A stretch of DNA of 64,000 nt from Oopsacas minuta (Eukaryota > Animalia > Porifera). The stretch spans positions 310,001 through 374,000 of the forward strand of contig JAKMXF010000295.1 in NCBI GenBank assembly GCA_024704765.1, written 5' to 3'. The position numbers and the translations under genes are program-made. Of the stretch, positions 1 through 14,289 are shown piece after piece. The notes beneath the pieces were generated by a model. That model saw nothing but the letters and a program-made list of their open reading frames with translations, had not been told where the DNA came from and did no database searches. How positions within the stretch are numbered: the first letter of the stretch is position 1; each line of letters opens with the position of its first letter.

Positions 1-689
1 CCTGTAAGCCGGATTTCACGATTAATTATGTGAAATTATAAGGGAAGGTGTGATAACGATTTTGAACTTGAACTCTTATGATAATAAGCGGAATCCACAG
101 CACCACAGTCAACATGCGGTGACTCAAATGCCAGTTAACTCGAACATTCGATTTTCCAACAGATTTTCAGGATTAGAGTCACCGGATGTTACCTGTAAAG
201 TAAAATAATAAACATTATAAATTTTGAACCAGTTTGATATAGTAGCTAGCAAGAGGGGTGTAAGGGGGTGTACCAAACGAAAGTAGCGAGCGGCCTAGGG
301 GGACTCTGCCCCACCAAAAAATTGACTTATTGATTGATCCTGCGGTATCCCTTATCCTTAGATTAGCGTAAATTTACTTGTAAAACACAACTCATCTTAA
401 AACGTCTATAGATGGTTGGTTGTACTCCTTTCACAACGGACAAACAAACAATCTGATAGACAGATCACAATTGCAATTAAATTATATAGCTATAAATACA
501 CGCATATAAATATACGTATGCTATTGAAACACAATCTCTATATGCATATGTGTCGAATTATCACAGACACTTATCTGTACGTACTTGACACTCAAATCAA
601 GTTTAAATACGCATAGTTGTGATTGATCAAGCACAACTACAGTTTACTTGGAATTATATTATATTTTTGTTTCGAGACCTTAGTTATAA

Positions 690-1415
690 CTGACTAATAA
701 CTAGCTCAATCTCCTTTAAAACCAAGGATGGTATGAATTTCGTATAGAGTGACTGTATTTATTATTGGGATACCTAGCACAATATCTGTGTAAGTTATGC
801 ACTATCCAAACAAGCTTATGGTTTTTGATTTTGTTTGCATAATAGCATTTTTAGGATAATTTTGGAGATATTTTTAGGCAGTTTTAATAATGTTTTCGAA
901 AGGATGGATCCTATATACTTGCAAGAGATAAAGTGAGATGTAAGTGCATTCGAAATTAATTAAAAGTTCATTGGATTTAGCCACATTCTCCGTTGCTATG
1001 GAAATGAATTTGAACAAATAGCCATATCTGAAAAATATTGTTATGACGCCATATATTTTGATGAACGTATATGGTAAGTCATTCAATGTACCGAATACAA
1101 TAGCATCCATTATAGAGCTTTGTCATCAACATCTTTTCAGATATGACTAAAAGCTATTCTAATACATTTGTATATCAACGGAGGAATGTGTCAAAATTCC
1201 ATTAACGTATAAAAATCTCCTAAATTATCCTAAAAGGCAATAATGCAAATATAATTCAAAGACCACACGTATGCTTGGATACTAAGTTGATATGAGTTAG
1301 TAATACAGTGCATAACCTAAAGAGTTAGTCTGCTGGCCAACTCAATAATCTAATATAGTCACTAAATACAATAACCATTCCATCCACGTTTTAAAGGAGA
1401 ATGAGTCAGTTATGA
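690..1415. repeat. Old, degenerate long-inverted-repeat (foldback/MITE-like) element
   Basis: Left arm ataactgact..ctcctttaaaac..ggatgg..agtgact is mirrored near 1355-1415 (agtcact..ccatcc..gttttaaaggag..agtcagttat). Inner arms taggataattttggagat and atctcctaaattatccta also pair. Termini and TSD are not resolvable. Confidence 0.5.
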
Positions 1416-2820
1416 CGAAAGGTCCTAACATAGATATATTTTCAAAAGATTTCCTTGCATTTTAGACACAAAAATATAGAAAGTTCCAAGTAAAACAGTA
1501 GTTGTGCTAGATAAAAACAGGAATTTTACCGTGATGTGAGAGTGTAACATACGTATTATTAGGTTTCCTGGGTATAGATATATATGTATCTATATTATAT
1601 CAGAGCTAGATTCTGTTTGCTGGTTAACAGCTGAACAACCGCTGTGTCCAGGAAATTACTAGTCATTTCCACAAATACAGTTTGTGGAACTATTTGAGAA
1701 GTGTGAAACTAAATGTACATGATTTCACCTAGTTTGGAATTTATGAGATATTACATTTTAAGTCTGTAATCTCAAATTTCAATAGTTTTATAAGATACAA
1801 TCACATCACGATTGAATATATAACAGCTACGTATTGATATTTTCAATTGTAGTCACAAATTTTTATTAATTGTATAATGTTAATAATGATTGCAGCAGTT
1901 ACTAGGTGAACTGCCATGATCGAAAAGCTCTTCGGATCCACTGTGTATATGTTTGTATGTTCGGAGTTAATTGAAGAAACTGCAAGATAACTAGGACTGA
2001 TATTGGAATACGGGTAGATTTGGTCCCGGCTCTGACAAGTTCGAGTCTTCAACCAAAAGTCACACCTATGAGATAATTTCACCTGTTATATTTTCGAAAA
2101 CGTGACATGTTGTAACCCTTGAGAGACATATTTCCAGCCAATTAAGAGTGCCAATTTGGGACAAATTTGATAGATTGCTAGAAAACCCATTGTTCGACGG
2201 CGATCGTCAAAACGAGACAATTTGAAGAAATCAGTTTGGATAGTCTAGCAATCGTACATCCAGACAAATTGTACTAAATGACGGTTGGTAATGGGGATAA
2301 TCCGAAAATAATCATTCACTGGATACTCGGTATATCATGTCAGATATGCGCAGATTATAGTTTGACAAAATCTACAGAGATTCCAGATGATAGAATTTGG
2401 AGAATCCTCATTACCTCAAAATATATTTGTGCTATTTTCAAAAGTAGCGCGCTTCGCTTGCTAGGTTACTGCACAACAGCTTCGGGCCTCAGGTTTAAAA
2501 AATTTTATTCGGGAAATGTTGATATTTTTTACATCCATGATGAATTTAAATTTGTTCAAATTTGTATTGGGACATTTGACTTAATGGGAGGTACCTGTGG
2601 TTCAAAGTCCAAACTTCAATAATGCACATTGGCTGAGCATTGGTGAATAATGTAATTTTTCTAAGATCTCGTGATAATTTCGGTCATATGATTTTTCGTC
2701 CAAGACTCGAAATTGTCAGAACCAGGCCCAAATACCTCTGTATGCCAAAAGTCAGTCCTCGGGATCTTTCAGTTTTTTCCATCATTTCTCGACATACAAA
2801 CATGAATATAGTGCAACTTC

Positions 2821-4050
2821 TTTAAGTGGGGTCTCTATAATTGGAACCTCTATTAGCGGGGCAAATTTGGTTGACTTCCGTTCATTTCCATAGAAACGAA
2901 CCTCCATAACCGGGGAATCGGAATGGCGGAAACATTAAGATTAAATACAGTTAAGGGACAAAAGTATTCGACCACACAAATATATTGTCATAAATTGTAT
3001 ACTCTTTCCCGCTCCTATATATTGTATAGTCTATATTCGTAGCTGCAATCTAGTAATTTGTATAGAATAACATGTTTTTCAAGAATTTCAAAAAAATATT
3101 TCGATTTACACTTTTTGAAGGTGTTAATTATTAATAATTATTAGATAATTATTGATAATCAAAATATGTGGTAATTCAAAACCTATTAAGAATCTATAAT
3201 TTCTGAATTGATATTTGAATTCTACTTAGGCGAGTTACCCCAGATTAAATTTTCAATGGGATTGAACAATTTTTACCAAAGTTATAGAAGAATTTCAATT
3301 TGTGCCACTTGTTGCAAAAAGTGACACCGGTGGCAGGAAAAAGCGCCACTACAAGGAAATCAACTAGGGTTAGGAGGAATAAGTCATAGTAATATTTTCG
3401 AATTATATGACTATGCTAACCCTTGAATTACCAAATAACCTCTTGGTAACGGCCACTTGTGCTCCTTGGGAAAAAAGGTGGCACAAATGGCACAAATTGA
3501 AATTCATCTATAACTCTGGCAAAAATTGTTCAATCCCATTGAAAATTTAATCTGGGGTAACTCGCCTAAGTAGAATTCAAATATCAAGTCAGAAATTATA
3601 GATTCTTAATAGGTTTTGAATTACCACATATTTTGATTATTAATAATTAACACCTTCAAAAAGTGTAGATCGAAAATATTTTTTTGAAATTCTTGAAAAA
3701 CATGTTATTCTATGCAAATTACTAGATTGCAGCTACGAATATAGACTATACCAATATATAGGAGCGGGAAAGAGTATACAATTTATGACAATATATTTGT
3801 GTGGTCGAATACTTTTGTCCCTTAACTGTATATATTCCGACGATAAAAATTACATTCATAAGTGCGGAATTCGACGTGAAATTATCTATTTGTGCCAAAA
3901 TGCATAAAATAGGTATTCATTGCCATGACTAATCGAATATTTGAAATTCTAGGAAAAGATTTCTACATGAAATTATTTTCAACAAATATTTAGAGAGATA
4001 GTATAAAATCTCACAACCTATGAAAAATGCCTATTCACGGGATTTAACAA
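2821..4050 (-). mobile_element. Old Tigger/pogo-like MITE, interrupted by the 2948-3828 MITE
   Basis: 2821-2930 and 3860-4030 both match the reverse complement of parts of the element at 61344-61828 (e.g. gttcgtttctatggaaat, atagagacccc, catgatcatttgaaatattttgatttctaggaa-like blocks). Confidence 0.5.
2948..3828. mobile_element. Non-autonomous Tc1/mariner-type foldback MITE, 881 bp, with ~350-bp TIRs and TA TSD
   Basis: TA|CAGTTAAGGGACAAAAGTATTCGACC... and ...GGTCGAATACTTTTGTCCCTTAACTG|TA. The arms are near-identical for ~350 bp around a ~170-bp spacer. No ORF. Confidence 0.9.
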
Positions 4051-4139
4051 TGGGTTACTTCAAGACTATCTAATTTGACATGCAATTTCAGTTTTATCGA
4101 TAAAACAAAGTTTGGATCGAATAGATGTAATATTTATGT

Positions 4140-4400
4140 ACTAAATACCCAATTTTCCATACCCTTGTAATACAGTTTGATACGAGATCTCAAACTGGTG
4201 TGAAGCAATTGTGAATATGCCCAAATATTGTCATTAGCATGATTACGCAATAGTTCTTCAAGACATCGTATGAAAATATATATCTCAAGGGAATGGGAAG
4301 TTCGGTATATAGTACATACATTAGCTGGAGTGATTTGGCCATAACTCTAAGGACTATCGAATTATAAGTGGATATTGCCAAAACATGTGCCATCCATAGT
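4140..4400 (+). repeat. Old dispersed repeat family; related copies near 5900-6120 and 10455-10700, weaker copy near 13950-14100
   Basis: Shared blocks tacccaa.., tgaatatgccc, ttcggtat/ttgggtat and atcgaNNtataagtg occur in each copy. Confidence 0.5.
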
Positions 4401-7400
4401 ACTTAATTGAACTCAGTAACGTGACAACTAGATAAACACAAAAATATATTTCATGAATAAACTTCCTTCGATCACTTGATATGAATTCTGGAATCAAAGA
4501 GGAACTAGTGATCAAATATCAGCGCTGTAAATGGGGTATGTCTAATAAATTTGTGCCCAATTAGCCAAACAGATGAGGTCTAATCAAACTGGTAATATAT
4601 AGTTGGATGAGAAGGCTTGCGAAATTATTAACTATCAATAATACAATTATTGGAGCCAAAATGCACCAATTTATCCCATCAAGAGAAATAATATCAAATT
4701 AAACTTATTTTACTTGAAGTAATCCATGGCCCAGGGGTTCTGGATGGTGAACGGGCTTGAGTTTCGTAGGCTGTGTACTATCTAATATCATTGAATTTAA
4801 GGTCGTTAGAAGAAGTGGCTCAAGTTATCTATCAACTATTCCTAATTCGAAAGACCTCTGATTTTATCTATATTCTATTCATAGTAATAAGCATTGAAAT
4901 AGCATTTAGCACCCCGCTATTCAAATTTTGGCCATTGTTTATGAATGAAACATTATTTTCAAAAACAGCATCACGACCAAATTTCTAATAACAATCTATT
5001 CATCCAAGATTCCAAATCTTGATCAATAGAAAATGCTAATTTAACAAATAAATAACAATCTGGATCAAACAGTTTACTTAAGAATAAGTACCTGGTCGTA
5101 ATTACAAAATCAATTAATACTAATGTTAACAAGTAGTTGAACGAGAATATAAAAAGTAGTAGCAATATCGGGGATGATCATTATTCTGAGATGGTCGTTA
5201 AGCGGGATTCCACAATTGGTATACTCATACAGTAAATTATTGATAAAATATCCGGAAGGTATAGTTATTCTTGATTGAAATAGTCATGATTTCATACTCT
5301 GTAGATATATATTTTCCGGAATCTTTACCAGAGAGCTGACGGGGCGAAGAAGCCTCCCCCCTTAATGTATACTGGCTGACGGGGCGTGCCCTGGCCGCAC
5401 CGCCATACTCTACGACTATGCATACAGTATAATATATACTTTCTAGAGCCATAGTATCAATCTCCCTGAAAATTTACAAAAATATTGAAAAATATCAAAT
5501 GACAATATTTGAAAAAGAAGAGATGTTTGAGTAAAACAGATCATTTTTCCGGAATCAGGATAGTTGATATCCCCTGGAGTAATCTAATTTGTTCAGGCAA
5601 CAAACATGCTGTTGACAAGTGTAATAAGTGTACAATCTATTATTCAGAAGTAGATCGAGATAGTCTGAACAAATTAATTAGCTTAAGTTGATGCGTGAAC
5701 TACGAAATATATCGGCTGGAAAATACGATTATTTCTGGACCAGGGATAAATAAGTTAATTATACGTAGTTGATTAGAATATAATCCATATTTTTAAATCT
5801 CAATTATTGTCTGTTTGTTTATTTGTTTGTTGGTTGTCAAGGAAAGGATTTACGGTATCGTTACAGTTATAGTCTTAACAAGATAGCAAAATTAAAATAC
5901 ATACCCAACTACACTTACCCTGATAATATATTATGATCTTGTACCATTATGACCTAATCCTGAATATGCCAAATTATGATCATTTTCCAGATTGCCCAAT
6001 AATGTTCAGAGATATCACATCTAAATATATCATCTGGGGATGAGAAATTCGGTATGTATTATAATTTGGCATCCTGATTTGACTAGCTGTAACGATTATC
6101 GAGTTATAAGTGAAGATTGACATTGAAGTGCAATCCAGAGTTTCAGCTGTAACATAAAACTAGCCAACTATTTCATGACAATTTTTTGATAATTTGTACG
6201 ATAATATATTTCGACTAATTTCTAATTGAACTTTGAAAATCCTAAATGAATATTATTCGTTTTATAGCGTTAGCATATTTCCAACATATCAGCCTATTAT
6301 GCGATCATATGACGTCTTTTCGGCCTTAAAATATTTTCTAGATGTGTAATGTGTGATTAATCACATCAGAATTGTGAACTTGATGATAGCTTCATTATAT
6401 TTGTAAAAACATGAGTTATTACCTTACAATCAACTACAATGCTTTTCACATTTATCCCTTGTCCAGAAAATAATAGCTTCCAGTCCTTATAATACGTAAT
6501 TCACGGTTAATGATAAATATTATCAATTTGAACAGTCTATTTTCTTCGCATTATGATGGAAAAACCATAATATTTGACTGGTTGTGGTGTTGGGGATAAA
6601 CTAAATTCTATCAACTGGGAATTCTGTTCATTATATGCAAAAAATTTACATGTCTCTTTGTTAGGATGTGCAGAATTCTTGTTGATAGAATTTGGATTAT
6701 CCCACCCCCACAGTCACATTTCAGGGTTTTGCTGGTAGAGTAAATAAAATACTTAGACTATTCAAACTGCAAAATTCATCATCAACCTAACCTAAATATT
6801 GTGATCAGATATCTTGATCTACTTTTAGTAATAGATTATACATTTTCTATCAATATTTTCACCATAACAGAAGGTGACATCATATATAAGTAAGAAATAG
6901 CTATGTAAAAAATAGTAATAAAATTAGGAGGCCGCAGAGGACAATTTCGCAAATCATGCAAAAGCTACAATCAGGGTCGGTGTGTGTATAAATAGACTCA
7001 GCTAGCCGAACGGCGTCGAACAAGAGGTTACTCGACGGGTTGGGACAATATTCGAGAATGGAATTTTCTTACATTCCTAAGGATATTTCCTTTACTAGGG
7101 AAAAATCCCTCAAATATAGTCAATATATATGGGAAACAGCTGGAAGTTTTATGCTGAACACGAATATAACCATAAAATTTGATCTGAAACAAATTGAATT
7201 AACTAGCATACATATGCCGGCGATTCCAAAATCGACTAATATTTAAAAGGTCGATATAGGCAAAATCTAGAATACCTTTATTTCTTGTTCTCAATGATGC
7301 CTATAATCAGTGTGAGAAGTTTATATTTTTATCACAATTTGCACAATATAGTCTTTTTGTGTGCTAACAGCTCTCACTATATATTCTACAAATTGTAACA

Positions 7401-9184
7401 AAGCTCGGGATTCATTGAAAATTTATATAGAATTCCATATTATCCTCTAAGAGAGAATTCGAACATCAATATATATTTCATTCTATACTAAGTTGACAAG
7501 TTTAGGCAATTGCCAATGAAATATTAATTATTCAAATGAATTACTTGACTAACTACCTAAATAAATAACCTCACCAAATATTCGTACAATATACAGAAGA
7601 AATTTCAATAATAGTTAAACTAGATCCAATATTACTCATAATCTCTTAATATTGATCAAATTTTCAATGATTTACACTATATCCACAGGATATTTTTGAT
7701 AATGCTGGAAAAACAAAAATATTTTTGATAACCATACATTAAGAAATTAATTAATCGAATTATTGGAATAATTCAATTTAGGTTATAAGTGTATTCCATC
7801 TACGTTTCAGTTATCCTATTAATTGAGCCACCGTTTGATCTGGTCAACCTGGTTCAAGACAGAACCGTACAAATACTATGAATTTATTCCGGATTATCGA
7901 GCCAACACCTTTATTCCTCTTGATTATATATTATACGGAATCTTCATGAGAAATGTAGTATTTTTCTAACTTGAATTGCTTGAAGTACCTTTTCTGATAC
8001 ATATGATGATACATTTTATATTTCAAGTGTCAGCCTATCAGGGCCATGCGAGCCTAATGTGATTAAACATCAAGGCTTTGTCACGGCACGGCTGATCCGA
8101 CCTATAACTGGTCCCGCTATATGGAAAGTGTCTTACCGGAGGTCCATTCTGTTATTACGCTTAGAATAGATTTATAGACATATATAACCAAGTGGTAGTT
8201 TAGTGGGCCCCAATACTGATCCTAAAAGATCGTTTTGCGAAAGGTTGAACCAGTCATTGGTACCACAATTGGCCCTGTATAACAGACGAGATTATACCCC
8301 ATCTTCAAATATACTCTGGTATGAAGTGGGCAAGCCCAGAACATAACCCCAGGACAGTATAACCTAGGCTAGCCGAGAATACACCCAGGCATATTCTAGT
8401 TGGGGTATATTCTGGGGGTACAACAGCGCGCCGGACCAGTTACGCGACAGCTCCCAATGATTTCTGACTATTCTCTGACTCACTAAGATATACTAAATAA
8501 ATATTTGTCTTTTATTAATGCATAGTAATTTTGAAATATGATCTGAAATTTATTCAAAACCGCATAGTTATTTATTAGAGCAATAAGCGATATGGACCTA
8601 CTTATATTCTTATCGATTTAATTACATGCGAATATATACGTATAGTTACCAACTATCGTGATTCTAGATGTAGCCACTATTTTCAGTGCCCAGGCTGCGA
8701 CCTGGCCATTTAACCAGTTTGTGACCTGATCAGATTGCATAACTGGCACAGCTCGGGGCCTATGTGAATATACCCTTAAGGGGAGAATACTGTAATTGAT
8801 AACTTAACAAAATATAATGAAAATAGGATCATGTATCAGGCGAAAAAATATTATTTCACTTTACCCTCACTATTTTGGGAATATCAAAGAAAAGAGAATG
8901 TTCCCGGATTTGGAAAACTTGATTCCGCTGTGAAAATGAACCGGGATCCGGGATTGGCAATAACGAAATTGAATGAATTGCAAATGAAATTGAAAGAGTT
9001 GGTTAAAAGGAACGGTATAGGAAGCGCTTAAGTCTACCGCCGTATTAACCAGGAAATGATCGGATTAGAAGTGGACCATCTCCGAGAGTAATGAAATATA
9101 CATTATTTATATACAATAAGTTACCATACACTATAAAGTAACATGGAGTACTTTAAATGGGCTAAAAAAGTTGAATGATCATAC

Positions 9185-9415
9185 CTTTAAACGTAATAAC
9201 AAAATTCGCTTTTGCCTTTGAAGACGAATGTAACGTGGCCATCTAACAAATCGCGTAAGATCACGTTTGGGCTGAATATCACCACCTATAGCAAAGTTTT
9301 TAGGCCTTCTTTCAAATAGTGGATTTTTCTTCGGGTCTTTCTTAGTAGATTTGACCAATATTTTTGGTGCAGGAGGAATTAATCGTTTCTTAACCTTTCT
9401 AGTTCTAATTGGCAT
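9185..9415 (-). CDS. RPL7A: 60S ribosomal protein L7a (eL8): first coding exon or N-terminal fragment, 77 codons
   Basis: Translation contains [43 protein letters not shown], the conserved L7a N-terminus. It ends at AAG|GTATGA, a plausible splice donor. The expected continuation (VPPAINQF...) was not found in 1-9184. Confidence 0.85.
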
Positions 9416-11392
9416 AATTGTTCCTACATAGAAGTAGTGTATAGATTAAAGATAAAATATATATTAATATATATCAGATTGAATTTTTGTATTTCAAGTA
9501 ATGAACCAAAGCATTCATAACAGAATCTTGGGACCTCAATCCCGAATTCTATTCTGTGATGCGTTTTTAACATCCCAGGATTCCAACTGATAATCTATAT
9601 CTCATATATAGCATAGTTGTCAAGTCTCATGGGAACAAAGTTAAACTCGCGTATTTGAACACAATCTCACTTTCATTTATACCTTCTTACATGAAATTTT
9701 CTGGAAATTCAAGTTATTACAGTGATTAAAAACGAAAATGAACAATATTACGCAATTATGGTGGCTAGATTTCGAGTCACCCATTCCATTTCAAAAACGA
9801 GCGAATATCTAATGATATTGAACAAATCTCAAGGATAGAATTTACAAATGTTGAACAACTATTATTCTAGTTTCAGCTAAATTAGCCTAAATTGTGACCC
9901 ACGGATTCAAATTTTGGGCCAGGAATAAGACTGAAGTACATAAAAATTATACACGCAATTATTATGATATTATTGAAATTTTACGTTTTGGCCCGACAAA
10001 ATTTAATAATGAACGCGAGAATATTCACAATCCGAAATGATCTGATTACAAAATTAGGATATATGTCAGAAACTGCTCCAATTTTATAACTATAAAATCA
10101 GGGGTGTAGGATCCTGTGCGGTGCGGCGCTCGCCGCACCAATAATTTTCTGCTTCCGAAGTCCCTGTAAAAGAGTTCATTTACTAATACATCTAAGGCAA
10201 CAAAATTTATAAGTAGCATGGGATCCAAAGAAGATCCAAAAATTTTTTTTTTAATTTATGAAAATGTTTGCACATTGCAGAGTTATAAGAATAATAATAA
10301 TGGATGACATATTTTATCAATATTGAGGTCATTAAAGTTTGCAAGTTTCTGAGTTATAGCACAGACGATGGATGGCAAATTATTTGTCAATATCCATTTA
10401 TGGAAATATAAGCGTGGTAAATATGGTTAAATCAGGACAGCTTATTTATAATATACACCCAACTTTTCATACCTTCGAAATTTTGTGTGATATCTCTTAC
10501 TAATGTGAAGCAATCATGAATATGCCCATATATGGTCATTTTCAACATCACGCAATAATCTTCAGAGATATATCAAAATTTATTATGAGAGTATGGAATT
10601 TGGGTATATACTATAGATAGGCCATCGTGATGTACCCATAATTCTACGATTATCGAGGTATAAGTGGATATTGGCAAAACATGTGAAATTCATTGTGTAT
10701 GCTATAACTCAGAAACATGCCAATTTATGATAACAAATTTGTACTTTACTATAGAAAAGGATTAAGATCATTATGTATTTCAAAATGTTAATCAAAATCC
10801 GATATTTAACGAGATACAAGGTAACTAAATAGGACAATGTGGTTGTGCAAAATTATTACTTACTAAGCAATAAACTGGCACGTCGACAAAATTTTGATTT
10901 TATGGATTGATGAAATGGATTTCTAAAAGTGTGTAATTCATTCATTAGGCTAAAAGTGGACTATTTCCAAAATACATTTACAACCATAAATTGCCTTGTC
11001 CGTTGAAGCAATTCCCTGTCCTGAAAAAGTGGCCAGTGTCATTGCTTTAGGTGTATTAGAATAGCATGAAAGTATATACATATTAAATTGTTGGAACATT
11101 ACCAATGAATCTGAATTTCACATTTATATGCTGATCAGAAACGATTTGAGGAAGTTATTGGTGGGGGGGCCCAAATTCGGTGAACAGTAATAATCGCAAA
11201 TTCAGAGGTGTAATTGAATCATTTATGTTTTCTCAAATCAAATCAAATATTTGAAAATATTGAAAAATTTTACGAATCATTATTAAATCGTACTCAAATT
11301 TTGAAAATGATTATATATTTGAAATGTATATGGAAATGATTTGAATAAGAATAGAAAATGATTTGAAAATGATTGGAAAAAATATCAAATAA

Positions 11393-11556
11393 CAACCTGT
11401 GCCGACAGCTGTCTATTAGGTAAATGTTTAAAAACTTGGCACTATTAATTGGAGGAACCATGAGAGGTTAGTTTTAATCTCATTACACATAGTCCTACGA
11501 TAAATAGTGTCACTTTTTAAACATATAATAATAGACTAAGCTGTCGGCACAGGTTG
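11393..11556. mobile_element. ~165-bp MITE, CAACCTG family
   Basis: TIRs caacctgtgccgacagct / agctgtcggcacaggttg. Same family as 58347-58511 and a partial copy starting near 53878. Confidence 0.8.
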
Positions 11557-14289
11557 TCATTTTAGATTGTTTCTGAGCGGAGAGAGGATTCAAATCCATC
11601 AAACAATATATTTACAATTTACTATGATCATCCAGTCGATAAAATGTTCAATTTATTTGCAATTATTATCAGTTGACAAAATATTATTAATAGAAGGAAA
11701 TACTGGAGGAGATTTGATCGGTACAAATTCAAGAATGTCAAATTCGGAATTAGCGTATTGAACTAGCCCCTTTGGCTGTTTGGAACCATCTTCTACGATT
11801 ATTCAAAGGTTATATATTCGGGGAAATACATATCTTTTAATTATACATGGGTATTTTGAAAAATATTATATTCATAAATTAAAATTAATAATTAAAGCTA
11901 TCGTTAAATTAGATATTCAATGTATATCACCTTAATTCTATCCAGTTTTGGCTGCTGGCCTTTAACAGAAAAAATAAAGAAAAATATAGGTAACCATTTC
12001 AATACTGGGCAACTATACTAAAGTATAGTCGGCCAGTAAAAATGATTTGAAAATGATTTGAAAATATTTCAAATTCAATCAAATCAAATCATTGGAGAAA
12101 TCCAATATTTTCAGGTCAAATAATTAGCCACTCAAAATTTCACAGTCCCAGAAAGAGTGACGATGATATTTTCGCACAAAAGAAACGGATGAGCCGAGTG
12201 TTTGCAAGCCATGAAAATATATTATAAAATAAATTGATTTATGGACGTAATGATATAAATGCATCGAATTGGGGGAATATATGTGCGGAATTTAGTATTT
12301 ATAAAATCCATGTTGCGTAAAAAGAACCAAGAAGTGAGATGAGAAAGAACGAAATATGTTTCAGTTAAAACTTATAAGAGGCATTATAGAATAACTAAAA
12401 TTTTCAGGTGTTATGTATGATAGCCGATTTAGTCAGGCACTAGTCATATGATAACTATAATAAAATCTCAACTCACTGTCAGCGCAGAGTGAAATTTCAC
12501 CCAATGAATTTCAGTGGAGTATTGAATTCAAAATACTCTACAAAATATCCATTTTTACAAATACATTTTCTAGATGTCATTGCGAGAATGCATGCAAAAT
12601 TTAATGTATTTATCTCTAAAGCTGTGAACAGGAGAACGAAACAACTTAAATTATGTATGTTGTAACTTCATAGGAATGAAATGTGAGAAAGTGAAAATAA
12701 TGGCAATATAGTGTCATTAGGAACACAGCAAAGAATGGTGAGAAAATGTATATTAGTAACTACTAGAATGATTTACAACCAAGAAGGGCCACATTGGCCT
12801 TTATAATATAGTGTAATACAAACTCGGGTTGTATGTAAAAATACAGTGTAGCAACATCCAAGGCATCATTTTCACGAATCCAATGTAAATTGACTCGACA
12901 TCAAGTTAAATTGTGTGTTAAAATATACTTTCCTCATCCTGTCCTTTTCTGAATGAAACATCTTCATTATATACATATATAAGCTTGATTGTTACTTGGC
13001 ACTTTGAGTACTCAATCAGAGCTAGAATATACTTAAGGTCCTCTCCTGCAACTAGATAAACCGTTGCTTCCACCTTCAGTGGATGTATCTACACATACAC
13101 GTTTTATTTATATTTCTCATTTGTTGATCATATTTTGTAATTGAGAACCTATGTTTAGTACTATTTAAATGTATGACAATAGAGAGGATGTATGAAATAA
13201 GCCAAAAATGGCAATAATGCCTGTAGAATACGAGTATATTGCCTAGAATACGGTATTATCTCCTGTAATTATGATATTTACAAACTAGATACAGATTCGT
13301 TGAATTTCACTTCAGCTGCCACGTGCTGCCATGGTCAAAATCCATAATCAGTTGTGAGGCCTTATGTTGTGCTCTCTCATCACAATACAATTCGAATAGC
13401 CCTAATGTCAACTACAGTAACTTCTGTTTTAGTATTTAGTCTCTTAGATGTTGTTCTAGTGTATTTTAATTCTATTTAAGTTGTCGATTGTATTTCCTTG
13501 GATTAGATTATAAGAAGCCTTAGGTGTTGTTCTAGTTTATTTAGACACCATATTTGAATTGTTGTCGAGTGTGAATTAATGGAAAATAGCCTTAGATGTT
13601 GTCTAATACAATGCACTTTTGGCCTAATGAATGTATAAAATACTTGTAAAATCATGTATCCAATTTGTCAAACTATGCCCAATAATATATTTTGTCATCG
13701 AGAATTCAGCAAATTATCAGACATTACTCCGTGTTCAAACACCATGCAAAAGGTTGAAGATAGATATTTGATGAAAATGTTGAAATTAATATGTTCCAAA
13801 ATCGTTTCTACACAAAATATCCCAATTAGACATGCTAAAGTTCACATTTCTGATTATAGCACATGTTTCGTCATTACCCCCTCATCACTCGATAATCATG
13901 GAAAGTATTGTAAAATCAGGATAGCCATTATAAAGTATGCATCAGACTGACTATACCCTGATAACATATTTTGGCACAAATATTGAAAATGACCATGTAT
14001 GAGCATATTCACGATTACGTCACATTGGTAAGAGTTATCATTTCAAAATGGATTATCCCTTAGGTAAGGGAAGTCGGACGTATACTATGGAATGGCTACT
14101 CTACACCCGGAGCAAACTGGTAAAATGGACGCAATTAAATTTTAATCAAGGACGAAGTATATTGAAAATGAAGGATATAATCAAATACAAGGAACAAGGA
14201 CAAAGAGGAAATTACAAGATTGAGAAAAATTAAAAAGTAAAAATTATAAATACAACAAAAATTACAGATGATATATTGTAGACGAGGAG

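Noticed and set aside
241-495. Possible Helitron/DINE-like non-autonomous repeat with CAAA microsatellite (similar tracts near 5800 and 23520)
   Set aside because: Similarity is limited to short low-complexity tracts and I could not define termini, so it is not reported as a feature.
2560-2600. CAG|GTACCTCCC on the minus strand as RPL7A exon 2 (VPP..)
   Set aside because: It continues VPPIKSNVPIQI*, not VPPAINQF; a chance match.
6900-8300. TATA box followed by a degenerate coding-like stretch, considered as an LTR/RT relic
   Set aside because: No RT motifs (e.g. YxDD), PBS or second LTR could be identified.
416-8800. Short ORF-track entries (60-114 aa) here and in 39-42 kb and 60.3-63 kb
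   Set aside because: No recognisable motifs, many use non-ATG starts, and they overlap MITEs or AT-rich DNA; consistent with chance ORFs.
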